Shown piece after piece: positions 26,719 to 40,451 of a stretch of 64,000 nt of DNA. The DNA lies in the NCBI RefSeq assembly GCF_037042905.1, contig NC_087251.1, forward strand, positions 46,562,001 to 46,626,000. The letters are read 5' to 3'. Made by a program: the position numbers and the translations under genes. How positions within the stretch are numbered: position 1 is the stretch's first letter; the number at the start of each line of letters is the position of its first letter. The notes beneath the pieces were generated by a model that saw only the letters and a program-made list of their open reading frames with translations, was not told where the DNA came from and made no database searches. Origin of the DNA: Lytechinus pictus (Eukaryota).

Positions 26719-29606
26719 ATGGATTCTACAAAAATAATCCTTTAATTATGATTAAGAATGATCACTTACTATTAATTCAATAAATAAATAAATTGTTTGT
26801 TATTCGTAGGAGCAAATGTAACTCATAAAAAATAGTTATTATTAATGTGTCACTCTTTGCAATAATGGTGTAGTTCTATTCTTCATTTTCAAACAATATT
26901 CAGTATGCCACAAATAACACAAACAGGCTTCCAAACGAGCCAAAAGATATTCCTTTTCACAATCAAACATTGCAAGTTTTTGTAACAAAATGAGCTTTAT
27001 ATCATCAGAATATAGGACAAAATTTATAAATATACTTTTTAATAATTCACTAGAAGTATGCGTTGTCAATAAAGAAGGTGTGTAACCTTGGGCAATGATT
27101 TTTTTTCTCAGCCTCAACCATATCCAATATTTGACCACTCAAGCAAACAATATAAGGTGTTACACTTCATCATACAATGTACATGTTGTATGTTGACACC
27201 TGATGTGATGCAGATATACTTGGTGCTCCATTCATAATAACACACCTTGAGCATTATTGAAATTATATGTATTGGTAACAAAGTTAACAGTTTGCAAGGA
27301 CAACTAGCGGAAGAAGCGATATGTAAACACATGGTACTTTGAACTAGTTGATTCACGTGTGATTTTTATTTGATATTTCACAACCCTCTCAAGGTAAAAA
27401 CAAGTTGATACTAATTTTCAATTTAGCTTCTAGCTTGATTGAACTTTTCCTGCAGTATTGGTCTATTTCTCAATGTAACATAGGCATAAACCAGCCAGGC
27501 AGGCTGTAATTTTAATAGAGGGTGTATGTTTTATTCATGAATGGACTTGTCAGACGTTTTATCCGACAAGTCCTGTTTTATCCGACAGTTTCCACGGTAA
27601 CAGTGATTCCCAGCCTATCAAAATCAAGGAAAGTTGTCAGATCTGACAACTTGTCAGACAAAATGTTGATAAAACGCTCCCCTGGTGAGGATTTCATGAA
27701 AAAAAATTGTGACTTTCACAACAATAGTTATAAGCTTCTGGATATCCTTGCATCTGAATAGATCAGAACAAATAATGAAAATCAGACTTTTTGCTTCATG
27801 AAACACTCCTTTAGCAAAATCTTTCTACCTAATCCTGGGTTGAGAGAGGAAAATGCAAATCATCTTCTTGTTAGAAATGAATCCTTAACCAGTATTGCCC
27901 AGAACATCAAACTTCTACCATGAAATTGCTGGATTCTGCAAACTGACCATAACAGCATCAGAAAATATCCATACATGTATCCGTGAGGGTACTGCTCCTA
28001 ATCCAGAGTGAAGAGGGACAAATCACACTAAAGTAATTAGCCAATTTTTGCACCGGGACACAGAATAAATTCTAGAACACAGTAATGTACTGAAAATGCC
28101 CGTCAAATTATGGCAATGAACAGCTGAATGGTCTTCGTCGAAAATTGGTGAACCAGAACTGCATTTCGTCCTAAGTTTCGGAACAGACAAAAACTTGCAA
28201 ATATATATGTCATATGTCCAGAGTCCTAGACGCAACTACTGTTCTGATTCAGCAATTTTTTTGACAAAGATTTCTTGGTTGCTCATTGTAATGAAGGGCA
28301 TTTGACAGTGTTCTCTATTGCAGTGCAAAATCTCCCTACTATCTTGTTAGAGAGCAGTAAAGCAATTAGTCCAATACTAATATTACCCATATACTGCAAT
28401 CAAAGATTCTACAATGACATAGTCAGGTGTCTGCAACTTGACCATAATGGCACCACAAAGGTTTTGCATCTGTAAGACTACTCCTCCTCCCCTTATGGGA
28501 TGAAGGGTTCAATGATCCCAATTCAAGATCATGGCCAATAAAAAACAATTTGTTCTTTCAAAGTTATATAGGCCTACATCTTACCGAGTCAACATGACAA
28601 TACCAGACAGAGACACCAACCTCATAAACAGCACTGCAGAGTTTGGTGGAGAAACTATACATTACTGCAATAGACGTATACTAGCCTAATGTATACCATG
28701 ATACAATTTTCACAATAAGACAATTTTCTCCATCAATACTACATCTCATCATTAAATACAGCTTGGTAAAAAGATTTAATGTTCTAGTAACAGAAATTAT
28801 TCGATAAGGTTGGACACTTTTTTGAATTTCTGGGATTATTTTCCCTGACGGTAGATTACAGATCTGATCGAGTCAGATGAGTTTCAATTTTTTTTTTTTA
28901 ATTCATTTATTTGACATCCTTTAAAAACATATGTACAAGTATACAACAACAAAGGAGTACAATAATTTAAATCACAGTATAAGCGATAAAAAATTGTCAA
29001 AATATAAAAGAAATGAAAATAAAATGTAGCGGATGTAGGAAGTCAGAAAGGCCATTGACCTGTCAAAGTGATAGAGAGCCCTGTGTACAAGGTACTCTCC
29101 CCGGTGTTTAAGGGTAAGCTTCATCGTGAATTAAAATTACATAAATACAATTGGGAACTTGTGCAAACTAATTTTGACAATATAAAAGAAATCACACCAA
29201 TCACAATCAAGGTTACCAAGGTAGTTACAACATTGGCAAATCTCCAGGTTAATCTCCAGGACAATCTCCAAGATAATCTCCTGGATCCCAATGTGAAAGG
29301 GGTAATTTTCAACATACAAGCAACATGTTGACAAAGCATTGGATGACAAGAGGATACGATCAATTTGATACTCATCATCACTGATGGTAATCATTAACCA
29401 TGATACAATACACCGCCTCTGAAGCAATCTTTTTCTTCCATTTGGCCACATCTTGAATGGCTTCTAGGATTATCTCCATGATGGTAAGATCATGTTCCAG
29501 AGTAAACTGGGAAGAGTTCACTGATCTCACATTCAAGATCATGGACACGCAAAAAATGTGTTGTTAAAGCGTCGCGTTACGAAGGTGAGAAAAAAGGAAT
29601 ACTCAC

Positions 29607-29674
29607 GGTCATCACTGTAATCGTCCACCAGGATAATTTCCTTGATCATATGAGGCGGACTCCTCCTCAGGACA
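29607..29674 (-). CDS. GALNT2: GALNT2 coding exon 4
   Basis: TTTCAG acceptor, GTGAGT donor, 68 nt (phase 2 to 1); (S)[22 protein letters not shown](P), the EIILVDD motif. Confidence 0.96.
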
Positions 29675-29819
29675 CTGAAAGGGAAACCGAGGCTCACGAG
29701 ATTAGCACTCTCTCCTTACTTCCAAAACAACAGTTTGTTACTTTAAAAGCGGGCGATGGAGGATGGTTGAAAATAAAGAAGATTGGGGTGGCATACATGT
29801 ATGAACTACATGTAAGTGG

Positions 29820-30500
29820 AGGATGGAGTGATGGAGATGGGCAATAAAGGATAAGAAAACAGAGGGGAAAAGAATAAAGATGAGAGATATCATTATTATT
29901 ATTATTAAAAGACATAGGGAGAAAGAGATAAGTACAAGGAATAGAGATGAACAGATGTTGTAAAGGAGGATGAGGTCAAAGTGGATGATGTGAGGTACAT
30001 TCTACAGAATCATTACAAAAAAAAAGAACGATAAGTGGGAGAGACAGAGAGATCAAGGGGGCAAAAATGAGAACAGGAAAAGAAAGAAAAGGATCTCCTT
30101 CCCCCCAAAAGGAAGAGATAAAGTATACCATACAGATGAGAGAGAGGAGGGGTGGAGAGAAAGAGAAGGATAAGAAAGACATTTTATGAGCAAAGAATTG
30201 AAGAAAAGCATTGAAATCACAGTTGACAAAAATTTATGACAGGGGGGGAAGGGATTTGGTGAAAATGATGAAGACAAAAGTAGGTTAATGTGCATAGCAC
30301 AGGGGGTAAAGAGGGAAAGTGGGAGAAAGACGTGTGGAGAAAGAAAGAGGGAGAGATGGGAAAGGGAGAACGAAAGCTCGGGAGTAGGGAAAACACATTA
30401 ACAAAGCCCTACACACAGAAAACAAAATATAGATAATGTACTGTAATAGAATAAGCATTAATACAAGGAAGGCTGACATCTAAGTGGAAATAAAAAAAAT
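29820..30500. repeat. Purine-rich low-complexity tract
   Basis: GA-rich degenerate sequence; source of spurious Phe/Leu/Ser ORFs on minus. Confidence 0.7.
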
Positions 30501-30979
30501 ACTAGTAAGAGGTAAAGACAAGTACTAGCAAATGAAACACAAAGATATGAATACCAGTCCTTGATTATGGTGAGATTCAAACTGAAAATTCATTTAAAAC
30601 AAACAAGCACTCCCAACCCCCCCAAAAAAAAAAAATAATAATAATAAAGCTTCATTTTGTCAAGAAATTAATATCTTGTCTTGAAGTTACAAGAAATCTT
30701 GCATTACACTGTGATGATCTTTACCTTTTATACTTCTACATGTTTTTCCATTAAAAAAAGAAATGTACATGAACAAAATATTTAATGAATTACCTAATAA
30801 GTCTTTGAAAAATCTATGCTGAAATGCTCTTGGTGTTTAACTTAAAAAAAAGAAGAGATTAGAAGAGTGATTTAAAAGAGATATTTACATTTAAGGGTTT
30901 CACTTATCAAAAATGGCCAATCAGTATAATGGAAAAATGAATCAGTAAGATCTTTACCATGATTTACGTATCTCCTTAC

Positions 30980-31078
30980 CTCACAACTGTTCTTACTAAC
31001 GTTGATCGAGCTTCATTGTGAAATGTTATAATGACACTTGTAGCAGGTAAAACTGAATCCCATGAAAGTTTTCTGCAT
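30980..31078 (-). CDS. GALNT2: GALNT2 coding exon 3
   Basis: CAG acceptor, GTAAG donor, 99 nt (phase 2 to 2); (L)[32 protein letters not shown](S), the GT-A fold FHNE motif. Confidence 0.96.
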
Positions 31079-32140
31079 CTGTCATATACAAGATAAAAAA
31101 TGTGAAAATAACAAATAAATGTTCACAATTCATGATCACAAAAACAAAGAGAGCTTTACCGGAGGCTACATTTCATAATAACCACATTAATTTCATGAAC
31201 AGTGGCACTTTATACAGTATATAAGATCCATCATGTTTTCATTCGAATTTCAAATAGTTCCCTATTAACTACCCAGAAATTTATTAGATTATTTCCATTC
31301 ATTCAATTATTGTCTGGTGTTTTTGGTGAAAGTTTTTGGCACATTGGCACGTTACATCTCAAATTGCACAAGTAGCGCCTGCCGTGGATGTAAATCAAAC
31401 CTGAGTAAATAAAAGGAGAGTTCCAAAACAAGTCCTACCGAGAACAGTTTGTGCAAACGGAAAGTGTTTACCCCGACGACGCGAGACAACATCTCTAGAT
31501 ATTCGAGAGGTGGGAATCTGTGATGTCCGACAGTATGACATTTAAAGCACTTCTAAGCATTTTATCTCAAATCTACGGAATTGATTTCCTGCATAACACA
31601 GAATTTCCACGCCGTGGCATTTAAAGCATATCTCCCCAGATTCAGGGAGAAATCTTTGGCAATGATTCCTAGCACAGATAGGTATTGAAAAATACCTTTT
31701 GAAAATTCAAAGGTATGGCTTTTCCCCACTGAACTTCAATTTTCTATTATGGTTATCAGGAGGTTAATATTTCAATGATTGCTCTTTTTCATTTAGAAGC
31801 CCTTCTTTCACTTATTAACATTCATGAGTATCATCTGGTATTTGATGCATACAAGTGTGTCTTTCTTTACTTTGTTTCAAGGAGACTCTTTATGATTTGT
31901 CTTCTAGTATTCAACTGATATTGCATACTGTGAATTCATCAGTAACTTTTTAAACAGGGAATTGGGGAAAACTGTGTTAATCTTCTCACAATATGTGACA
32001 ATCTCAATCTGAATCATTTTCATATTTTTCTATTGATATTACTCTCACATAATACAATGATGGTAGTCTGCTGTGCACACCCTTCACTAAAGTTAAGGGG
32101 TCTGAATAAGCATCAGGCAATGACTTGTGTGTACAAAATG

Positions 32141-34891
32141 TATGGAAGCAGGAGACCGTCAAAAACACGGATATACGTCGTGTCGTAATTCAATTTACTA
32201 CACGACGTAAATAATTACGTCGTGTAGCAATTCGAATTACTACACGACGTAAATAATTACGTAGTGTAGTAATTCGAATTACTACACGACGCAATTCCGT
32301 ATTACTGCCCAACGAATTAATGTCATGACGTTAAATGAATTAGTGTCGCTACATCAAATAATTAAGGTCGTGTAGTAATTCCAATTACTACACTACCTAA
32401 AGAATTACGTCGTGTAGTAAATAATTACTACACGACGTAATTCCGAATTACTGCTCAACGATTTAACGTCATGACGTTAAATGAATTAGTGTAGTGACGT
32501 TAAATCAACCAATGAGATCATTCGTTATATGAGCGCAATGCGAAGAGCTGAGACTACAGAGTATTGTACCGGAACGTACCGGCAGGAAGTTAGCTGGATG
32601 TTCAATATTCAAACTGTGAAGTTCAGTTGGTTTAATATTCAGGTTCGATATTCAAACGCCTGTGAAGCTGGACCAATATTCGTTATTCAGATATTATGGG
32701 TTTTGAAAGCTAAGGGGTTTAACAGGTGGAGCACGTCTCGGGCAACCATAACAACACTGGCTTGCCCAAGTACGAGGACATTTAGGGGGAAAACGTCAGT
32801 GAATAAAAGGGCATGACATTTTTTTTTTTTTTTTTTTTTTCGAGGGCCCCCCTTGGATATCCCGACGGCCTATCCAGGGTAACCACGTATCCTAACCCTA
32901 ACTTGGACAACTCGACTCGGGCAACCATATAAACACTAGCTTGACCCGATGCATGCACATTTAGGGGGCTCAAATTAACAAAATTAAAGGAATAAAGGGC
33001 TATTTATCGCATTTTGTTTATTTTAAAAAAAAAATGTCAAGGGGCTCCCAGGAATATCCCGACGGCACAGCCGGGGTAACCACGTATCCTAACTTGAAGA
33101 TCTCGACCCCGGAACTCGGGCAACCAGGTAAACACTAGCTTGACCCGGCGCATGCGCATTTTGGGGGCAACTCGGTAAAGCATCTCATGAGCAGATCTTA
33201 TTCATCTATTATACTCAGTCCTAATTCGTCCGCCACTAAAATAGTTCCGAAAGCTGAGTGATACATGTATTTTTCTTTTATTCGCACAAAATATGTTCAG
33301 TGGTTGGCCATTCTTTGTTTCAAGAATCAGTCTAATCATTATACATACTCTTATTTGTAATCAGCTTACAAAAAAAATGAGAATGGGTTGGGTCGAATTA
33401 ATATCTTTAGCCGTCTGTTATTGTAGATCGTCATTTCTTTGAAAAAAGATGGGGGCGTATATCGATAGAAAACGTATTGTCAAAATATAAAATATGAGTA
33501 TAAAGCTCCTATAATCTTCGAATGATTCTCAGGAGACATTTTCTTTTGCATGTGAAGCCTTCAATTCAATTAATCAACAAGGAGTTATACCCCTACAAAA
33601 TAAACGTTTCATGAACTAAAATGTCTCTTTTAGACGATATCGCGTCACTAATTTCAAAGCTATTGATCGATTGGCTAAATTTCCAAAGCGACTATAACAT
33701 AATTAGAATTCAATTTCAAAATTATTTTAAAAGGCCAAAATTTTCTGGTTCGCTTCGCTCGCTGGCGACTTTTACAAATTTTTCTGCATTTGCTATGTTG
33801 TGCTGCCTCAACATATTTCGTTTATCATCGATTCGCAACTGCGTTGAACTTAAAATAATATGTGGTGTATTTACCCGCGCGATAAAAAATTTCATCTGCA
33901 ATGTTTAAAAATGTCACGAGGTTACGTTGTTACCCCGGCTAGGCCGTCGGGATATTCCTGGGGGCCCCTTGATTTTTTTTCAAATAAACAAAATGCGATA
34001 ACAAAAGGCGATAAATGGCCCTTTATTCCTTTAATTTTGTTAATTTCAGGCCCCTAAATGTGCATGCACCGGGTCAACTTAGTGTTTATATGGCGAGTCG
34101 AGTTCTACAAGTTAGGATACGTGGTTGCGCCGGCTAGGCCGTCGGGATATCCCAGGGGGCCCCTCGAAAAAAAAAAAAAAAAAAAAAATGCTTTTATTCA
34201 CTGACGTTTGTCCCCTAAATGTCCTCGTACTTGGGCAAGCCAGTGTTGTTATGGTTGCCCGAGACGTGCTGCGCCTGTTATAACCCGTTAGTTTTCAAAA
34301 CCCCTGGATATTTGAATATCGAATATCGGTCCGGTTTCACAGGCGTTTGAATATCGAACCTAAATATCAAACCAACTTCACAGTTTGAATATCCAACTAA
34401 CTTCCTGCCGGTACGTTCCGGTACAATACTCTGTAGTCTCAGCTCATCGCATTGCGCTCATATAACGAACGATCTCATTGGTTGATTTAACGTCACTACA
34501 CTAATTCATTTAACGTCATGACGTTAAATCGTTGAGCAGTAATTCGGAATTACGTCGTGTAGTAATTATTTACTACACGACGTAATTCTTTAGGTAGTGT
34601 AGTAATTGGAATTACTACACTACGTAATTATTTACGTCGTGTAGTAATTCGAATTACTACACGACCTTAATTATTTGATGTAGCGACACTAATTCATTTA
34701 ACGTCATGACGTTAAATCGTTGGGCAGTAATTCGGAATTGCGTCGTGTAGTAATTCGAATTACTACACTACGTAATTATTTACGTCGTGTAGTAATTCGA
34801 ATTGCTACACTACGTAATTATTTACGTCGTGTAGTAAATTGAATTACGACACGACGTATATCCGTGTTTTTGACGGCCTCCTGCTTCCATA
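32141..34891. mobile_element. Foldback (TU/Galileo-like) non-autonomous DNA transposon with ~950-bp inverted arms
   Basis: Termini TATGGAAGCAGGAG...CTCCTGCTTCCATA; arms ~32141-33090 and ~33925-34891; outer domain of AATTACTACACGACGT-type repeats; 7-bp TSD CAAAATG (32134-32140, 34892-34898); no transposase ORF. Confidence 0.9.
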
Positions 34892-35306
34892 CAAAATGCC
34901 CTCTTGCTCAACAGTAAGTTTTATATGTGCTAGTCTTGTGTGAAGACCCACTAGTTGATCAAAGTTTCAATCAGGGTCTGTGCCTTGCAGACTAGGGTGA
35001 TGGTACATGAATGTGCGTGAAATGAATAATGGCATATGTATGATGTGGTTTATTACATTTTTAATAAGTCTTTCCTAAACTCTCACAGTTACATTAATAT
35101 TCATATATTTTTCTAATGAAAATAGCATATATACTGTACATGTACATCACAAGTTTTTTTTTTACTACAAATACCTACCATTAAGCAGAAGCAGGTCATT
35201 TCTTTCAGAAATATTTCTTTCAGAAATATTATTCCGCTTTCACACTGCCCAAAATACTGGTATTTTCTAATCAGGGTAGAACGGGGTAAATTCCTTTTCC
35301 CAATCA

Positions 35307-35683
35307 TACCCCTTTCATAAACCCAATTATGCGGCTAATAGCAGCATAATTTGGTCGTAAAATCGGAGGAGGACCAGAGTTATCCGCATTATTTTGATGC
35401 TGCAATTATCCGCATAGCAGCATCGGGACAAGATTTTGAGTTTATGAACGTATTTCCAAATAATGCGGATAATTGCCATGGTGCGGTCACAAGGTCACCC
35501 TTTTCCAACACAACCGCATCGGAGGGGGCGTGTCCAGTTGTCATGACGATTATCCGCCTTTTTCAGGACGGGCGCTCGTACAAATAATGCGGATAATTTT
35601 CGGAGTTTGTGAACGCAATTTTTATTGAATTATCCGCATTACTATTAGGCGGCAAATTGGAGGATAGGTTTATGAAAGGGGTA
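35307..35683. mobile_element. Harbinger-like MITE nested in a family H fragment
   Basis: TIR TACCCCTTTCATAAAC/GTTTATGAAAGGGGTA, 3-bp TSD TCA, internal ATTATCCGCAT repeats. Confidence 0.85.
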
Positions 35684-37091
35684 TCAGAGAATACCTGGTA
35701 GATTTGGATTTTCGAATCGGTCTGAAAGAACCTTTTCTCACCACATTGGTTCATTGCCCCGTTAAGACTGGTGTACAGTACATGTATGGAAAAGTAAATG
35801 TTTTTAGTACAATCATCATGTATGATAACATACTTCCCAAGATTTCTATCCCCTGGGGTACTTTCCCACGATGCAATGAGTTGATACATCAGCAAAGACC
35901 AACTGGACCTTGTAACATAAAGCTTTGTGACTGAATCATGGGGCTGATTTCTACGATTGATTGCATTGTCTATTGTGTATGATCAATCCTAAAAATCAGT
36001 CCCACCATCACTTGCTATATGTATGCTACAAGGCCCCGATGAGTGATAGGCCTATGCCTGGTCACTCACATTTCATGTTAAGTCTCGCATTTCACTCATT
36101 TCATGTTCTTTTTTTTCTGTCATTACTTTCACTTAGCTTGCATATTTCACAAAGCTCATAGCAATAGCAAAGTAGTAGTAAACTTGAATACAAATAAAAT
36201 GTAATTCTCAATAGTATATTCACTTCAATCACATCTGCTAATAAAAGAAAAAATACATGTATGATTACACCAACTAATTTAAGTACTAATGATTTGTAAA
36301 TGTAAACATACATTTTGCAACAAATTAGGGCTTGGAAATATGGTAAATCTTTTTGAAGTACAGTGTATTCACCCCCCCCCCCCAGCCAAAAAAAGCATAC
36401 TTCATGTACAGTACTATCCAATGAGCCCCCTTACAAGTTTTTTTAGGTTTAATGTTGATTTTTAACCTGATAAATACTTAAGTAGTCATTAGTCGGTATT
36501 ATCCAGGCTTGACTATACCTGTAAATAGAGAGACATTCTTGCCTAGAAACATTGGTACTTTATTATAAAAAGGGTACATGTTTAAGTGGTACTCGCTGAA
36601 CTAGGGAGCCCACCAATCCCACCACTCATGATTGCAAGTTGACATTCAACACCAAATCAACTCATTATACAGCAGCTAAAGCGTGCAAAGCACACTTTTC
36701 TACACCTCCTTGTTGGCGCAAGGGCTATCGTTTATCCCCTTGGCAAGCTCTGCCGTGCACATGGATTGCCCACACAACAGGTATCGTTTTCTTGATCAAG
36801 TTCACCAAACACAGCCATGGAGTAATACCTGGTCAACTTGTTGATACAGGGTGGATTGATAACATTCTAGCCCATGAAACAGATCGCAGAGCCTTAGCAG
36901 AGAAACACCATGGTTATAGGTGGATGCTAAATCCTAACTCGTAAACAAGTAATCCGTGTCTTGGGCATAGGTTACCTGATTAATTACCACTTGCAGACTG
37001 CCTGTTACTACTAGTTCTGTCTCATCCGAGAGCTGCACCGAATGAAGATATATATCGAACAGATGGGAGGGGCCTACTGCCATTTGAATGG

Positions 37092-37312
37092 GGTGCTAGG
37101 CAGATTTGTAAAGCTCTACATGATAATCCCATACAAATGACCAACCGGTACATTATAACATACTTAAATAGATAATGTACATTTACATCTTGAAAGAAAC
37201 AAACAAAGTGCTATGCAGATCTGTACAGCTCTATATATCACATAAAATCTCATACAAATGACTTACATTATGACATACATACTTATAGATAATGTACCTC
37301 TTGAAAGAAAGC
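37092..37312. repeat. Diverged tandem duplication, ~116-bp unit x2
   Basis: GTGCTA.GCAGAT.TGTA.AGCTCTA...CATACAAATGAC...TAGATAATGTAC...TCTTGAAAGAAA occurs twice. Confidence 0.75.
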
Positions 37313-37458
37313 AACTAAGTTTTTGGGTGTCGTAATTGACGAAAATTTACATTGGAACAAAATATACATGTACATGTACGTCATATAACAACCTCTATTT
37401 CTAGGAATGTTGGGATACTCTATAAATTAAAGAAATGTATTCCTTGCAAAACACTTAA

Positions 37459-38952
37459 AGGGATGGTCCGCACTGAAAGTATTAATAGCTTAATAAATAA
37501 GAGTAGAATTCACTGAGCAAAATGCCGAAAATTTCATCAAAATCGGATAACAAATAACAAAGTTATTGAATTTTAAAGTTTAGCAATATTTTGTGAAAAC
37601 AGTCGTCATGAATATTCATTGAGTGGGCTGATGTAGGGACAGTGATTTTCCGCGATCGCGGAAAACGAACGGAATTCACGGAAAGGGCCTTTTGAAACGG
37701 AAAGGGCCTTTTGAAACGGAAAGTGGCATTTCAAACGGAAAATCACGGAAAACATATTTTCCCTCAAAATACACAGAATAGCAACAGAAATTACTCCAAA
37801 ATCACAACAAAATGAGAATATTAAATGGCCACAAAACCCTAGAAAACACGATCTCACTTCGCTACTATCATGACAATTCACACCTCGTGACTGCACTCGA
37901 CATCAGCACACTCGATTGTACCCCGCACCCGTACCCGGCCGGCCGGGTTGGGCTTCACATGCACACATTTCGTTCAACTACACGGTCGTGTGTTGCTGCC
38001 CTCTACGTTTGAAGATGTAACAGCACGATATCGTGGTCTTAAAATCCAAGATGGCGGATTGGCAAAAGCCGCTGACTGATGATAACGATGTCCAAAAAAC
38101 CCCAAAATTAACGATGAAATATCATTTCACCATGAAATAATGCTAATAATGTGAAAGGTGAGGATGTATGCATGCTAAATGGGTTTGTAAAAATATCTTA
38201 TGCACCCGCATAGATCCGATTAGAACAGATTCTATTGTGTTGTTGGTACAGTAGCAGATACAAATTTTGACCAGTGCGAGTGTACGTGTTGTGTTGTGAT
38301 TTTGCTATACAATGTGTAAACGAAATTGTCACTTTTCCGTGTGTACAAAGTCTATGGGGAAACGGAATTTCCGTTTTCTGACATGCTGAAACGGAATTTG
38401 AGATTTTCTGAAACAGAAAAGGCAATTTTTTGAAACGGAAAATCACTGTCCCTACTGATGATGTAACATCCCCACTTGTTCTTTTGTATTTTATGAAATT
38501 AGGTTTATTCAAATTTTTCCTCCAAGAACTAGAAAAATTGGATTGACAACTGATTTTATTAGTGCATTAGATATTTATTGTTGCAACTTATTTCATTATA
38601 AGGGAGACATATTATTCACACAAGTATGAAATAATGAAAAAATTATGATTTTATGTAATAACATAAGAAAACGGAAAGTATTATATTATTCACACAAGTA
38701 TGAAATAATGAAAAAATTATGATTTTATGTAATAACATAAGAAAACGGAAAGTGGAGATGTGACATCATCAATTCATCAGCCCACCTAATGAATATTCAT
38801 GTCGATGTACATATACATGTAAAATATTGATAAACTTTAAAATTCAATAACTTTGTTATTTGTTATCCGATTTTTGATGAAATTTTGAGCATTTTGCTCT
38901 GTGAATTTTACTCTATTAAGATATCCAAATATGTTTAGCTCGGACCATCCCT
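37459..38952. mobile_element. Kolobok-like MITE family B containing a nested hAT-like element
   Basis: TTAA-AGGGATGGTCCG...CGGACCATCCCT; nested element 37634-38454; internal 74-bp tandem duplication ~38609-38755. Confidence 0.85.
37634..38454. mobile_element. hAT-like MITE family C, long form (6-bp TSD CTGATG)
   Basis: TIR TAGGGACAGTGATTTTCCG/CGGAAAATCACTGTCCCTA; empty site GGGCTGATGATGT seen in the family B copy at ~46660. Confidence 0.9.
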
Positions 38953-38956
38953 TTAG

Positions 38957-39620
38957 TTAAATGAGATGCTGCCACCATCATTTCAAAATTTTTATACAGT
39001 TTTCAAAAATAAAACCATTCATGATTACCCCACCTGTAATTCTTCTAATTTACATTACGCTAATCCAAAACTACTTATTGCCCAGAGATCTGTAAGTCAC
39101 CATGGTCCTGACCTTTGGAATTCTCTCCCAGACTCAATCAAATCCTCTTGCTCCCTACACTCATTTAAAGCGAAAGTTAAGGTCATGTTTCTATCAGAAT
39201 AGCAAGGTAAACTTTCTGTGTCATATTCATTCCCTATTCCTTTTCCACCAACACCACCACCTTCATTATTTCCTCCATCATCATCATCATCATCATCATC
39301 TTCAAATTCATTTTCACCATCATCTTTTTTCTTCATGGTTATGTATTATAGCAAGTGTTTGTTTGTTTGATTTTCTTTCTTATATTTGATTGATAATTTG
39401 ATAATTTCTTAATAGTCATCCATGCTGCTCATAATATGATTATATAACTAATATTCAGTATGTTTTGGTTTGTCATATTTTCAAGCATTTCTGCTTACAA
39501 TGGCAATTCATCTTCTGCAATTGATTTTATGTTTTGATATAAATGTCTGAGTTATTGTCAAAATGTATTTGTTATATTGTTATGTAGAAGAGAAATACAT
39601 GTAAATAAATCAAATCAAAT
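38957..39620 (+). mobile_element. 5'-truncated CR1/L2-group LINE 3' end
   Basis: ORF 38966-39202 LPPSFQNF...IHDYPT...GPDLWNSLPDSIK...SLHSFKAKVK is an ORF2 C-terminus; 3' UTR ends AATAAAT(CAAAT)n. Confidence 0.8.
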
Positions 39621-39976
39621 ATGCAAGAAATAATTAGAAGAGGATCCACAGGTCAAGCAACTGATGCATTCCTTTACAATGTGTTGACACAGAGGAAGAT
39701 CTGCTGTACGATTACAATGAAAATTCATTTAAATCTGTAGGCTTTGCCTCAAAACAAACAGTATTGCAATGATCAAACATTCACAAATTGACAAAGATAA
39801 TTATTGCAAGATATATATGCCTACATACATTTACATAAACTACAGGTACATGTACATATATGTTCATCATTTTGATGGTCTTTTTAACTCTGTGACTTTG
39901 AAACTGTGAAAAATAGGAATTTACATTATATAACATTTCCTATAAAATCTTAGACAGTTTCCTCCCCTTCCTCATT

Positions 39977-40451
39977 AGGTGGTTTCAACCGCCTCGATCA
40001 CAAGAATCCCTGTTAAATTACGAGAACATTTTTAGGCTAAAAAATACCCATTAATTATTCCTGCATTCACACCGCCCCGAAACATACCCTTCGGGATAAA
40101 TTCCTGAAGTTAGGAGCATGCGCAGTATGGTCTAATAAGCAGGCAAGGCGCGAGATTCAAAACCACTAGCCCAGCAGCCACCCACGGCGCCTGCGCCCAA
40201 CGACACGCTGGGCTAAAAGTTCCCGTAAATTGCTTTCACATTGCCAAAATAACTGCGACCTTGGAAAAAAACCCGCGAAAGTTCTCATAATTTCGCCAAG
40301 TACCTACTATTTAGCGGGTATTTTCTTTCGGGGAAATTACGCGTAGTTTGCTTTCACATTACCAAAATACCTGGTATTTTCTGATCGGGGTAAATTTCCC
40401 GATCAGAGAATACCTGGAACTGACGAACTTCGAGGCGGTCTGAAACCACCT
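39977..40451. mobile_element. Harbinger-like MITE family H, complete copy
   Basis: TIR AGGTGGTTTCA(G)ACCGCCTCG, 3-bp TSD ATT. Confidence 0.85.

Noticed and set aside
29068-29451. Overlapping ORFs with NLQD/RLSW repeats
   Set aside because: Caused by a 12-bp AATCTCCAGGAC-like tandem repeat; no recognisable domain or splice context.
32175-32500. Regular short repeats resembling a CRISPR array
   Set aside because: No unique spacers, alternating orientation, eukaryotic intron; they are the outer domain of the foldback element arm.
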